From the NCBI GenBank assembly GCA_965116875.1, contig OZ220733.1, positions 1,120,001 through 1,184,000 of the forward strand: a stretch of 64,000 nt of DNA, given 5' to 3'. Below are positions 1-9,663 of the stretch, piece after piece. A program made the position numbers and the translations under genes. The stretch is from Candidatus Latescibacterota bacterium (GTDB taxonomy: Bacteria; Latescibacterota; UBA2968; GCA-2709665). The stretch's first letter is position 1, and every line of letters begins with the position of its first letter. Under the pieces are notes generated by a model. The model was given only the letters and a program-made list of their open reading frames with translations. It was not told the origin of the DNA and did no database searches.

Positions 1-228
1 GAAATCGTAATGTATCCCACCTCCACCGTTTTCGACGCGGGCCACCGGATCCGGGTGGACGTCTCCAGCAGCAATTTTCCCAGGTTCGACGTCAATCCGA
101 ATACGGGGGGCGCGCTGGGACGGGACCGCCGTGTCGTACTCGCGGAAAACGCGTTATTTCACGATCCGGAACATCCTTCGCACATCGTCCTTCCCATCAT
201 TCCAGGATATCTACAGGCAGATGGATGA
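1..228 (+). CDS. CocE/NonD (X-Pro dipeptidyl-peptidase C-terminal) family hydrolase, 3' part only
   Basis: FDAGHRIRVDVSSSNFPRFDVNPNTG...HPSHIVLP is the typical C-terminus of the CocE/NonD family; the ORF is open at the window edge. Confidence 0.85.
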   Translation, partial: EIVMYPTSTVFDAGHRIRVDVSSSNFPRFDVNPNTGGALGRDRRVVLAENALFHDPEHPSHIVLPIIPGYLQADG

Positions 229-1162
229 CGAATTCGAGATCAGGTACTGGGATCGAAGAACGGGACGGACGATAACCGAGCCGCTGTCCTATACGTTTTT
301 TCAAAGGGCCTTCCAATCTCCGTTCATCCTCGGGCTCTTCCACCTGCTGCTGAACCATTCGATCTTCTGCCGGCTGTACGGCTGGATGCAGGCGCGGCCC
401 GGAAGTCGCCGCAAGATTTCCCGTTTCGTGCGGGAGTACGGCATCGACGTGGAAGAGATCGAATATCCCCTGGATCGCTATCCGAACTTCAACGCGTTCT
501 TCACCCGCCGGTTGAAACCCGACGCGAGGCCGTTCGCCCCGGAACCCGACGCGTTAAGCTGTCCCGCGGACGGAAAGGTGTTGGTCTTTCAGCATCTCCT
601 GGAGGGCGCCCGGATTCCTGTCAAGGGGGCGCCCGTTCCATTGGAGCGCCTGCTGGATTCCGAGACGGAGGCCCGCCCCTATCGGCACGGTTCGGCACTG
701 GTGGTGCGGCTCGCGCCGTACGACTACCACCGTTTCCACTTCCCGGATTCGGGAACGGCCGGGCCCGCGCGCGTCGTCCCCGGGCGGTATTATATCGTCA
801 ACCCGCTGGGCCTTGCGAGGGTGCCGGGCGTGTTCTGGCGGAACGGACGCGCGGTAACCGGATTCGATTCGGACCGGTTCGGAAGGATTGCCTATCTGGA
901 AATTGGCGGCTTTGCGGTTGGGAGCATCGTTGAGACGTACACGCCGGGGCCGGTGGAACGGGGTCAGGAGAAGGGCTATTTTCAGTTCGGCGGGTCCACG
1001 CTTGTGCTGCTGTTCGAACCGGGAGCGGTCGTTTTCGACGATGACCTGAAGGAGTACTCCGGGCGGGGAGTCGAAGTACACGTGAGGGCGGGAAGCCGGA
1101 TCGGCAGCCGAATTCAGGATCGGGAAAACGGAACCCGTAAAGCTGCCGGGGCGTCCGTTTGA
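221..1162 (+). CDS. psd: Phosphatidylserine decarboxylase proenzyme
   Basis: FNAFFTRRLK, CPADG, RLAPYDYHRFHFP and self-cleavage motif YFQFGGST; ATG at 221 overlaps the upstream stop. Confidence 0.9.
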   Translation: MDDEFEIRYWDRRTGRTITEPLSYTFFQRAFQSPFILGLFHLLLNHSIFCRLYGWMQARPGSRRKISRFVREYGIDVEEIEYPLDRYPNFNAFFTRRLKPDARPFAPEPDALSCPADGKVLVFQHLLEGARIPVKGAPVPLERLLDSETEARPYRHGSALVVRLAPYDYHRFHFPDSGTAGPARVVPGRYYIVNPLGLARVPGVFWRNGRAVTGFDSDRFGRIAYLEIGGFAVGSIVETYTPGPVERGQEKGYFQFGGSTLVLLFEPGAVVFDDDLKEYSGRGVEVHVRAGSRIGSRIQDRENGTRKAAGASV

Positions 1163-1201
1163 AGCGTTTTGTAAGCGTCGGACAGACTCTCAGCGAACTC
1201 G

Positions 1202-1239
1202 GGGCCGATGTGCTATTGCACATCGGCCCTATTTTTCTT
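1202..1239. terminator. Hairpin between convergent genes, probable intrinsic terminator
   Basis: GGGCCGATGTGC-TATT-GCACATCGGCCC perfect 12-bp stem followed by TATTTTTCTT. Confidence 0.6.
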
Positions 1240-3283
1240 CAGGTCCAACGCGGACGAATTCAGTCGGACTCGCAAGGTTCTGACGGGTCGCATCGATCCA
1301 CCGATCCGACCGGGCGGCAGTTGAGATACGGACTTCCCCGATTTCGCCCTGAAAAGGCGCTCCCCCGGCCGCAAGGCGACCGATGGCCACCGGTGCATTA
1401 CCTGACTGAACGGGACCGCTTGCTTCGGCAGAACCCACCGCCGCACCATCGATGTAGAGGGTTACCCGTTCGCCGTCGTAGACGCCCGCAAGGTGATGCC
1501 GGCCGGGTGGGAGCGTCCTGTTTGCGCGCACGCTGCGGGTGCCGTTTTCCGTGTCGATGGTGAAGGTCGGTCCCGGCAGCGACGCGCAGAGGCCGCCGTT
1601 GTGACCGCATTCCGCGTATTTGAGGATGAAGGAAGCGTCGTCCGCGGTGTCGTAGCGCAGCACCTTTCCGTGTGGGGTGTATTCACGTTCGTCGCTTTCG
1701 TCGGGGTCTTCGCGCCACGGGGAGAAGTACACGTAGCGTCCGTCGAACGCGCCGCCGTTGAATCCGCCGGGGTTCGGTGGAAAGGTAAAGACGCCCCCGT
1801 CGGCGGCATCCCACGCGACCTTGTCGTTAAAGTTCATGCAGGTATCGTAACGCAACACGCGACAGTGGAACCCGCGTTGGTCTTCATCGCCCTCGTAGAA
1901 AGGAATATAGTAGACGTACCGGCCGTCGTAGGCCGCGCCGTCGTAGCCCTTTGTATGCAGGCCGGACGTTCCGGCCGCATCCCAGGCTTCCCAGCTCTCC
2001 GGGTCCCTGAAGTCGCCCCGGGTATCGTATCTGACGGCGTTGCTGTGGGCGTATGGAACGTAATAGACGTAACGGCCGTCGAAAACGGCGCCCACGCACA
2101 TCCCCATCCCATGAACGCTGGCATCCAGGGCTTCCCAGGCGGCCGGATCGTCGAACCCGGCGTGGGTATCGTGGCGGAGGACGATTCCGCGGTCATTGAG
2201 CGGCGAGTAATACACGTAACGTCCGTCGAAGGTGGCGCCGTCGTAGTTCTTCGACTCCAGTCCGTCCGTGTTTCCGGCATCGAATATCACGTAGCTGTCC
2301 GGATCCTTGAAGCCGCCCCGGGTATCGTGGCGCACGGCCTTCCCCGATTCGCCCGAATCACCGTAATATCCCGGTGAGAGGTAGATATACCGACCGTCGT
2401 ACGCGGCGCTCTGGCAGGCCATGGTTCTTCCGATGTCGTACGCCTCCCAGCTGCCGGGATCCCTGAATTCCCGGCGCCGGTCATATCGCAGGATGCGGCT
2501 GTGCAGGGTCTCGCCGTCGGTGCGCGGGACGAAATAGATATGGTCTCCGGCGTGAACGACGCCGTAATACCCTTTCGTATTGAGGCCGTCCGTACATCCG
2601 GCGTCGTACCCCTGCCAGCTTTCCGGATCGTTGAACCCGCCACGGGAATCGTATCGCAGGACCTGGCCGTGGCGCTCCTGTGAAGCATTGCATTGCGGCG
2701 CGAAGTAGACATACCGCCCGTCCGAGACGGCGCCGAAATAACCCTTCGTGTCCAGGCCGTCCGTTTCTCCGGCATCGTAGGACTCGAATGCATCCATCGT
2801 GGAACGCAGCGACCACCTGGACACCAGCGCCTGGAAGGCGTCCGTATTTGCCTGATTGCTTTCAACCCAGGCTTCCACGGTCAGGGCTTCAATGCGGTCG
2901 AGCGGTTCGGAACGGATCGCGTCACCGTTACATTGGACCAGCGCAAAGTGCGAATCCCAGACCGGATCCGGGCACGAAACCGCTCCCTCTCCATAGCACA
3001 GATAGAGTGTCGTGTCGGCGCAGAGAGAAGGAACTCTGACCCGTGCCCTGAGGGCGCCGTCTTCGGCGTTGTAGGACTCGATTCTGTACGCCAGCGCGTC
3101 GCCTTCGCCGGATGCGAAGTGGATGTCGCTCCCGTCTTCCCTGAGAACGTGGCCGCCCTTCTCGATTGTTTTCAGCGCGTTGTCCCGGACGACCACGAGA
3201 AGCGGAAAGTCCCGGAGGCTTCCTACGTCGCGCGCAATGTCGATCGTGAGTCTACGACGGAACCGTTTCCCGTTTTCTTCCAT
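1229..3283 (-). CDS. DUF2341-like + split LamG domain protein with an inserted 7-bladed DGRYVY beta-propeller
   Basis: N-terminal DFPLLV...DGSDIHF...VRVPSL...LYLCYG (DUF2341-like); LTVEAWV, then seven (F/Y)DGRYVY-type repeats, then HHLAGVYDG..LYIDG..GEVRIS (LamG C-half). Confidence 0.75.
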   Translation of the reverse strand: MEENGKRFRRRLTIDIARDVGSLRDFPLLVVVRDNALKTIEKGGHVLREDGSDIHFASGEGDALAYRIESYNAEDGALRARVRVPSLCADTTLYLCYGEGAVSCPDPVWDSHFALVQCNGDAIRSEPLDRIEALTVEAWVESNQANTDAFQALVSRWSLRSTMDAFESYDAGETDGLDTKGYFGAVSDGRYVYFAPQCNASQERHGQVLRYDSRGGFNDPESWQGYDAGCTDGLNTKGYYGVVHAGDHIYFVPRTDGETLHSRILRYDRRREFRDPGSWEAYDIGRTMACQSAAYDGRYIYLSPGYYGDSGESGKAVRHDTRGGFKDPDSYVIFDAGNTDGLESKNYDGATFDGRYVYYSPLNDRGIVLRHDTHAGFDDPAAWEALDASVHGMGMCVGAVFDGRYVYYVPYAHSNAVRYDTRGDFRDPESWEAWDAAGTSGLHTKGYDGAAYDGRYVYYIPFYEGDEDQRGFHCRVLRYDTCMNFNDKVAWDAADGGVFTFPPNPGGFNGGAFDGRYVYFSPWREDPDESDEREYTPHGKVLRYDTADDASFILKYAECGHNGGLCASLPGPTFTIDTENGTRSVRANRTLPPGRHHLAGVYDGERVTLYIDGAAVGSAEASGPVQSGNAPVAIGRLAAGGAPFQGEIGEVRISTAARSDRWIDATRQNLASPTEFVRVGPEEK

Positions 3284-3309
3284 TTTATCCTCTCCCGGTC
3301 AACGCTGAA

Positions 3310-3401
3310 TCCGGGACGTGGCTTGGCTGTAAGCAAGTTAGAATCCCGAAAAAGCACAAAACGACGTCACCGCGTTTACAGGTTGGATTTGGCTGCGTCA
3401 T
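3310..3401 (-). pseudogene. mazF: Truncated, frameshifted MazF/PemK-like toxin
   Basis: Overlaps the antitoxin stop; reads MTQPNPTCKRGDVVL, then after a one-base shift LFRDSNLLTAKPRP, which is the MazF N-terminal signature; the rest of the gene is missing. Confidence 0.75.
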
Positions 3402-3636
3402 AGTTGTCATAAACACTCATTTCCGGGTTTTCCCAGTCTTCGGCAAAGGTCGTCAGGCGTTCACGCAAATCTGCTGCCTGTGGCTTGTCAATACCGCGTT
3501 TTTGCAAATCGATGGAATTAGCTGGCAGAAATGTGACAATGACGGGCGTATCTTCAAGAATATCGCAGGGTAATTCCAGCAGTTCAATTTTACCGCCGCG
3601 AAACATTCCTTCAATCGTTGTGAGCATGGCGATCAC
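3376..3636 (-). CDS. Putative antitoxin of a MazF-type TA pair
   Basis: 86 aa, lower GC, TIEG.F..GKIEL start and acidic DWENPEMSVYD tail; directly upstream of and overlapping the mazF remnant. Confidence 0.7.
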   Translation of the reverse strand: MIAMLTTIEGMFRGGKIELLELPCDILEDTPVIVTFLPANSIDLQKRGIDKPQAADLRERLTTFAEDWENPEMSVYDNYDAAKSNL

Positions 3637-3933
3637 TCCTTCTCAATCAATGGTCTGTCAATTGTTCATTCTCAATTCACAATGGACTTGTCTGTACTGC
3701 GACTGTTTCTATACCGTACCGTGATTCCTCGCACCCGTGGATGCACCGGTCGACAGGCTTTTTTGACCGTTCAACACTCAATCGGACGATCACCGCGTAC
3801 CGTTTTCCTTCCCGTTTCGAACCTCGCCAATTGAAAATGTCGAACGGATTTTGTTCCAAATTTTGACAATGATAGTCACAACAATCTCCTTTGAAAAGAC
3901 CAATCTGTGCGAGGGGATTATGCAGTGTCTGCC

Positions 3934-4081
3934 GGAGCGAGGGCATCCTGCCCTTGAACTTCGCGTCACCTACCCCTATTCCCGTCGAGAGACTGCCGGG
4001 GCTATTGAATCCGACACCGGTTCGCGGAAAACACCGTGTGCGACGAGTTATCCAATGTCGAGGGCAGGATGCCCTCGCTCC
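3934..4081. repeat. REP doublet (REPIN-like), copy 1
   Basis: GGAGCGAGGGCATCCTGCCCT ... CGAGGGCAGGATGCCCTCGCTCC inverted pair; a second copy at 51555-51628 shares the inner CTTCGCGTCACCTACCCCT. Confidence 0.8.
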
Positions 4082-4097
4082 TGCGAACGCCAACCAA

Positions 4098-4164
4098 ACC
4101 TGTCCCAAATCGGTTTCAGCCTTGGACAGCAGTGGTATTGAATCAAACCCGATTCGGGACGGGT
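4098..4164. repeat. Short imperfect inverted-repeat element
   Basis: ACCTGTCCCAAATCGGTTT ... AAACCCGATTCGGGACGGGT. Confidence 0.5.
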
Positions 4165-4287
4165 GTGGGCTCATCTGACACTTCGAAATCAGCAATAAAC
4201 GTATGACAGGTAAAGGAAACGCCGCGTTCGTAGAGTCGGGACATGGTGGAAGGATTCATCGCCATAATCCGGAACCGCTAGTGGCTT

Positions 4288-4320
4288 TTATCCTGTACAT
4301 CCTGTTCATCCATGTAAGTT
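4288..4320 (+). repeat. 9-bp periodic ATCCTGnnn arm (copies also at about 31330-31365 minus and 42660-42690 plus)
   Basis: ATCCTGTAC ATCCTGTTC ATCCATGTAAGTT, nearly identical to the other two copies. Confidence 0.7.
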
Positions 4321-4346
4321 TCTCCAAATGAGTTCAATAAGCCCTT

Positions 4347-4475
4347 CTACGGCTCAATCGTTACCTTGATCGAACGGTCACCCGTCGCGACGAGATCGAT
4401 CCCGTCCTGGAATTGTTCGAGGGGCAGCCGATGGGTCACGATACGATCCATCGGCAGGGGACCCTTCTGAATCAT
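4347..4475 (-). pseudogene. C-terminal fragment of a zinc-dependent (MDR) alcohol/polyol dehydrogenase
   Basis: Translates as MIQKGPLPMDRIVTHRLPLEQFQDGIDLVATGDRSIKVTIEP*, a typical MDR C-terminus; no upstream part of the gene. Confidence 0.7.
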
Positions 4476-4642
4476 ACAATCGCGCGTTTGCCGGAGACAT
4501 CAAGATAGGTCGAAACAAAACGGATGGCAACCGAATCGAATGGATTGGTCGCCGGGGTTTCTTCTTGTGTCCGCGTTCACTGTCTTTATACATTGCGTGT
4601 GTCTATAATCGTGATTCCAATTTCAATCGAGAGGAGTGGTTG

Positions 4643-7600
4643 ATGGACCGTCGTGATGCGATGTGGCTGCTGGTTTTCGTGGTACTGGGCGTGGTCGGGC
4701 TGGCGGTATTCCTGAATTTCTATACCGAGGCGATTCCGTCCGCGTCGCTGGATTTCAAGCTGAGCCGCGACGAAGTACACCGAAAGGCGCAGGGCTATCT
4801 GGAGAACCAGGGATACGATCTTGCTGACTACGAGAACGCCCAGATATTTTCGAGCAGCCAGATGCAGCAGGTCTTCCTGGAACAAACGCTCGGCCTGGAG
4901 GAGACCAGCCGGCTGGCGCGGGAATGGCTGTCGGTCTGGTCCTGGAGCGTGCGGTGGTTCAAGCCGCTGCAGAAGGAGGAACTTCGGGTGGGGCTTGATC
5001 CGGGCGGACGGGTTGTCGGATTTTCACACCGCATCCTCGAATCGGACGAAGGCGCAAGCATCGCGCAGGACGACGCCCTTGTCATCGCATCCGGTTTCCT
5101 GCGGGAAACGCAGGGGTACGACCTGGACGCCTACGAGTTGATCGACCGGTCCAGCACGGAACGCAAGGCCCGGGTCGATCACCGGTTCGCCTATCGGAAG
5201 AAGGACTTCACGGTTGGAGACGACGGGCACTACCGGCTGGACGTCGTGGTCCACGGGGACCGCGTCGGGAAGTTCAGCGAGTACCTGAAGGTGCCGGACA
5301 GTTTCTCCCGGAGTTACCGCGAGGTGCGCTCACGGGCGAACCTGTTGACGCAGGTCTTCCTGCCGTTCTGGCTCGCGCTGGGCGTTGCCATGCTTGTGAT
5401 TCTGGTTAAGAACTACCGTCGAAAGCGGTTGCACTGGCAGGCCGGACTGATCGTCGGGACGCTCGTGGCCGTCGCCTGGCTTGCGGCGAATGTCAACGCC
5501 CTGCCTCTTGCGTTGTATAGTTTCGACACAACGATTTCCTACGGCGCTTTTCTGGTGACGCTTCTGTTCAGCGCCATTCTGGTCGCGGCGGTGAACGGCG
5601 GCATCGTCTGCCTGGCCGGGACGGCTGGCGGGGTTCTCGAGAGGGACGTGTTGTCCGAAAAACGCGTGAGTCCGCTCGGGCGCCTGTCGCTTCGAGGGGT
5701 TTTTTCGGCCGGGTTCCTGCGGTCAACGATTGTGGGCTACGGCGCCGCCGGGGCCGTTCTTGGTTACGTCGCGGTGTTCTATCTCCTGGGCGGGCGGTAT
5801 TTCGACGTCTGGGTACCCGCTGACGTCAGCGAGTACGACAACGCGTTCAGTACCGCCATTCCCTGGATTTACCCGCTGCTGGTAGGACTGTCAGCCGCGG
5901 CGGTCGAGGAATTTTTCTTCCGTCTGCTGGCGATTCCCCTGTTGATCAGGTGGCTGAAACGGCCGTGGCTGGCGGTGTTGCTCCCGGCAATCGTGTGGGC
6001 GTTCCTGCATTCAAACTATCCCCATGAGCCCATATACATCCGTGGCATTGAGATCACGGTCATCGGGATCGTCTTTGGCATCCTGTTCCTGCGTTTCGGG
6101 ATCTGGGCACCCATCATCGCCCATTATGCGATTAACGCGTTCATCGTGGCATTGCCCATGGTGAAGTCATCCAGCCTCTACTTCCAGGTGTCCGGCGTAC
6201 TCGTGATCGGAATCCTGCTGGTGCCGGCCATCCCCGCGGCGTTCGCGGTACTGACGGGAAGGGCCCGACCAGGGGAAGTCGAAGACGTCGTCGAGGAAGA
6301 GGCGCCTGACGAACCTGCCGAAATAGAGGAACCTGCGCCCGAGCCCGTACGTCCGGACGTCATACAAAAAGACACGGATGCCTATCTGCCGGACAAGAAG
6401 AGATGGATTGTCGCCGGCCTCTGCGCCGTCGCGGGAATCGCGCTGATGATCGGGTTCCGCGTGGACCGGTTCGGCGCCCGTTCATTGAAGCTGGAGGTGA
6501 CCCGGAGTCAGGCGGCGGGTATCGCGGAGGCCTTCTGTACCGAACTTGGACTGGACGCGTCGGATTACCGCCAATCCGTCCAGTTTCGAAGCGGGGTCGG
6601 CTCCTCCCATCACACGCATCTGATCCGAAACGCGGGGGTCGCGCACGCGGATTCCCTGATGGTGGAGAACACATCGCCGTGGTACTGGCACGTGCGATGG
6701 TTCAAACCGATGGAGAAGGAGGAAATCCAGGTCCGCGTGGACGCGTCCGGGCGCGTCGCGGGATTCAACCACATCATACCCGAAACGCGCGCAGGGCCGG
6801 AGCTGGAAACGGACGACGCTCGCGCGAAGGCGGAGGCGTTCGTCGAGCGGAATTTCTCCCGGTCCGTTACGGATTCGGCGCAATACAAGCTGCTGGAAGC
6901 CCGATCGGAAAAAGAAAAGGACCGGATGGACCACCATTTCGTGTGGGAGCGGATCGACCGGAAGATCGAAGACGGCGAGTTCCGGCTGAAGGTTCGCGTG
7001 CAGGGCGACGAAGTGGGTCTCTACAATGCGCACTACAAAGCGCCGGAGGAATTCCTTCGATCGCTCAAACAACGGGGCGCCAGACACGCATTGGCTTCGA
7101 TCGTTCCGGTTCTCCTGTTGCTGGCGACGTTCATATTGGCGGGGATCTATTTCTTCCGTTGCTATCGCGCAAGGGAGATTCGATGGAAGCTGCCGATTGG
7201 CATCGGCATTGCGGTTGTCCTGTTGACCATGTTGAACTGGATCAATTCCCTGCCCGCCTTCTTCCACGGTTACGACACAAGCCAGGCGATGATGACCTAT
7301 CTGGGTATCCAGGGCGTCGGCCTGCTTATCGGGACGCCGATGATGGGACTCGCGATAGCGGCGATGTTTGCGCTGATGATGGCGATGAAACGGTCGCTCT
7401 ATCCGGAGGAGATGGGCGCCGGCGGATGGCTTGGACTCCTGCGGATGCGGGAAGGCGGCCTGCGCTTCTGGGCGGGTACGCTGGTTCTGGCGGCGGCGTT
7501 TCTGCTTCTTCGGACCGGCGCGGACAGTATCGCAATGTGCGTGAAATATAACGGCTTGACGGAGTATCTGGAGGCGGGCGGGTTCAGCCTGCCCCGAGTC

Positions 7601-8053
7601 AATGTCTTTGTTCCGCTGTTCAGCGCCGCCATCGACACGGCCCTGGAGTTGGTCAATCCGTTTGCCGTACTGGCGATTCTGCTGGTCTGGAAAGCCGGCG
7701 TCAAGCGACCGTGGCTGATTGTGGCCGGAATCGCCGTTGCCATGCTGTCTTCGGAGGCGATCGCGCCGGCCAGGAGCACCTATCATTTCGCCGTTCTGGC
7801 CGGCCTGGAACTATTCGATCTCGGCATACTGGTTTTCCTCGTCGCATGGCTGGTCCGGTTCAACCTGATGGCGTATATCGTCGCCGTCTGGTCCGGCAAG
7901 CTCATCCTTGGGCCGGGAATCGCATTCATGCAACGGACAACGGATGCCGTTTATCATTGGAACGGGATTGCGATGATCGCGCTCGGCCTGGCGCCCCTGC
8001 TCTACCTGCTGGCTGCCGGTCTTCGCGAACGGCGCGAGCGCAAGGAGGGATAA
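4643..8053 (+). CDS. Large CPBP (Abi/CAAX) family intramembrane glutamic endopeptidase with internal duplication
   Basis: EEFFFR, WAFLH and HYAIN motifs; many TM helices; duplicated W.VRWFKP..KEE extracytoplasmic domain; GAGGAG RBS. Confidence 0.85.
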   Translation: MDRRDAMWLLVFVVLGVVGLAVFLNFYTEAIPSASLDFKLSRDEVHRKAQGYLENQGYDLADYENAQIFSSSQMQQVFLEQTLGLEETSRLAREWLSVWSWSVRWFKPLQKEELRVGLDPGGRVVGFSHRILESDEGASIAQDDALVIASGFLRETQGYDLDAYELIDRSSTERKARVDHRFAYRKKDFTVGDDGHYRLDVVVHGDRVGKFSEYLKVPDSFSRSYREVRSRANLLTQVFLPFWLALGVAMLVILVKNYRRKRLHWQAGLIVGTLVAVAWLAANVNALPLALYSFDTTISYGAFLVTLLFSAILVAAVNGGIVCLAGTAGGVLERDVLSEKRVSPLGRLSLRGVFSAGFLRSTIVGYGAAGAVLGYVAVFYLLGGRYFDVWVPADVSEYDNAFSTAIPWIYPLLVGLSAAAVEEFFFRLLAIPLLIRWLKRPWLAVLLPAIVWAFLHSNYPHEPIYIRGIEITVIGIVFGILFLRFGIWAPIIAHYAINAFIVALPMVKSSSLYFQVSGVLVIGILLVPAIPAAFAVLTGRARPGEVEDVVEEEAPDEPAEIEEPAPEPVRPDVIQKDTDAYLPDKKRWIVAGLCAVAGIALMIGFRVDRFGARSLKLEVTRSQAAGIAEAFCTELGLDASDYRQSVQFRSGVGSSHHTHLIRNAGVAHADSLMVENTSPWYWHVRWFKPMEKEEIQVRVDASGRVAGFNHIIPETRAGPELETDDARAKAEAFVERNFSRSVTDSAQYKLLEARSEKEKDRMDHHFVWERIDRKIEDGEFRLKVRVQGDEVGLYNAHYKAPEEFLRSLKQRGARHALASIVPVLLLLATFILAGIYFFRCYRAREIRWKLPIGIGIAVVLLTMLNWINSLPAFFHGYDTSQAMMTYLGIQGVGLLIGTPMMGLAIAAMFALMMAMKRSLYPEEMGAGGWLGLLRMREGGLRFWAGTLVLAAAFLLLRTGADSIAMCVKYNGLTEYLEAGGFSLPRVNVFVPLFSAAIDTALELVNPFAVLAILLVWKAGVKRPWLIVAGIAVAMLSSEAIAPARSTYHFAVLAGLELFDLGILVFLVAWLVRFNLMAYIVAVWSGKLILGPGIAFMQRTTDAVYHWNGIAMIALGLAPLLYLLAAGLRERRERKEG

Positions 8054-8136
8054 ACGGAAACGCTGCCCGGATGGATTCGTCCAGCGCGCCGTAAGACCGG
8101 ATTTTTCGATCCGCCACGCCGAGACGGATGAAACGA

Positions 8137-8172
8137 CCCCCCTCCGAAGGACATCGGAGGGGGGCCTTTTTT
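8137..8172 (+). terminator. Intrinsic terminator
   Basis: CCCCCCTCCGA-AGGACA-TCGGAGGGGGG followed by CCTTTTTT, between convergent genes. Confidence 0.7.
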
Positions 8173-8194
8173 CGTTCCGTCCCATCCAGGATTT

Positions 8195-9211
8195 TTACGG
8201 AAGCACCCGTTCGACCTCCACGCTCTCCCCGGTCTGCTCCGCCTTTCTGATGGCGTCCGAGACGGCCACGGCGGCGACCATGTCGTCCCCCAGAGGATGC
8301 GGCCGCCCCGTTCGGACCATTTCCCTGACGTATTCGAGGATGACCGCGGAGCCTTCACAGGCGTTGAAGTCGTTGAGCACCAGACCCTGGATGGCGCCCT
8401 CGGGGCCGAACACGTGAGTGAACATCTCGGTAAATCGGAAGTCGGCCACGCCGCTGTTGATGACCACACCGTGTTCCGGCCGGCCGGGCGCGACGCCGTA
8501 GTGGAGATGATAGACCGTATGGTTGGGCGCCTTCAGACAACTCACGGATTGAATCCCCGTACCGAACACGTGGTGAGCAATCGAAATCGCGTGGATCAGC
8601 GCGGCAAGGTGCGTGGAGGCGCAGGTGATGGTGCCGAACGTGACGCGGCCCACCTCGTCACGGCGGCGGACCAACTGAGCCACCGCCGGGTTCGTCTGCA
8701 GCATGGACAGCGACATGACCGGGGCGTCGTTCGCATTCGCAAGTTCCAGGATCGCGCGAACGTCGGCGATGCAATGCGCGAAGGGTTTGTCAATGAAGGT
8801 GGGAACGCCTTTTCCCAGACCCGGACGCGCCAGTTCCAGGTGATCGGAGCCGTCGTAGTTGCAGTTCGCAATCAGCACCAGATCCACGTCATCGCTCACC
8901 TGCTCGAAGCTGTCGCAGACTTTCGGCCTGCCGTAGAAGACGTTTGAGAACATCTCAGCGTTGCGACGCTGTTCATCCCAGACCTTCACGATCCGGAAGC
9001 CGTCTACCCTGGGCGCGGTCATCCGGGTCGGTTCGCTGTACTTCGTATAGTAGAAATAGTGCGTCCCGCCGCGCTGCCAGGTATAGGACATGTCGTCTTC
9101 GACGGGCATGGGCTCCCTTAATCGCAGTGGATCGTGTTCGTCCATCTGCGCGCCGAACCACATGCCGTGCATGTCGCAACGGATGATCCCGGTACGGATC
9201 ACATCGGACAC
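8195..9211 (-). CDS. Gfo/Idh/MocA-like oxidoreductase
   Basis: Divergent Rossmann N-terminus; GSDHLELARPGL..GVPTFIDKP. Confidence 0.75.
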   Translation of the reverse strand: MSDVIRTGIIRCDMHGMWFGAQMDEHDPLRLREPMPVEDDMSYTWQRGGTHYFYYTKYSEPTRMTAPRVDGFRIVKVWDEQRRNAEMFSNVFYGRPKVCDSFEQVSDDVDLVLIANCNYDGSDHLELARPGLGKGVPTFIDKPFAHCIADVRAILELANANDAPVMSLSMLQTNPAVAQLVRRRDEVGRVTFGTITCASTHLAALIHAISIAHHVFGTGIQSVSCLKAPNHTVYHLHYGVAPGRPEHGVVINSGVADFRFTEMFTHVFGPEGAIQGLVLNDFNACEGSAVILEYVREMVRTGRPHPLGDDMVAAVAVSDAIRKAEQTGESVEVERVLP

Positions 9212-9264
9212 GGAAGGGATTCCTTTCGTCTACTGCCGAAATGAGGATTGCAGAGCGTTCTCTG

Positions 9265-9633
9265 CTACAATTCCAATGGGTCTGCGGTGCGGATGACGAA
9301 ATATTTCCTTACCGGCTGGATGACGTGCCAGTGGGTCCTGAGTCCCGCGGGAAAGTGCACGGTATCGCCCGGCCCCAGGGTGTAGCTGTCGCCGCCGTCT
9401 TCTTCAATGGCGACCTTTCCCTCGAAGACATGGGCGAACTCGTCCCATCCGAAAGTCCATTCGAATCTGCCTTCGCTACATTGCCAGTAACCGCTGGACA
9501 CCCTCTTGTCCGCGCTCTGGGTAACGATGGCGCCGCGGGCCGTGGGTTCGCCTTCCTGAATCCAGTCGGGATCGATGGGCATGTCGGGCAAATCAACCGG
9601 CATTGCGACCGTATTCATCTTCAACTCGCTCAT
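9265..9633 (-). CDS. Cupin domain protein (EutQ/DUF861-like)
   Basis: GYWQCSEGRF, DEFAHVFEG, GPGDTVHFPAG. Confidence 0.85.
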   Translation of the reverse strand: MSELKMNTVAMPVDLPDMPIDPDWIQEGEPTARGAIVTQSADKRVSSGYWQCSEGRFEWTFGWDEFAHVFEGKVAIEEDGGDSYTLGPGDTVHFPAGLRTHWHVIQPVRKYFVIRTADPLEL

Positions 9634-9663
9634 CTCACGCTCCTTTCCTCTATCAAGGTTAAC

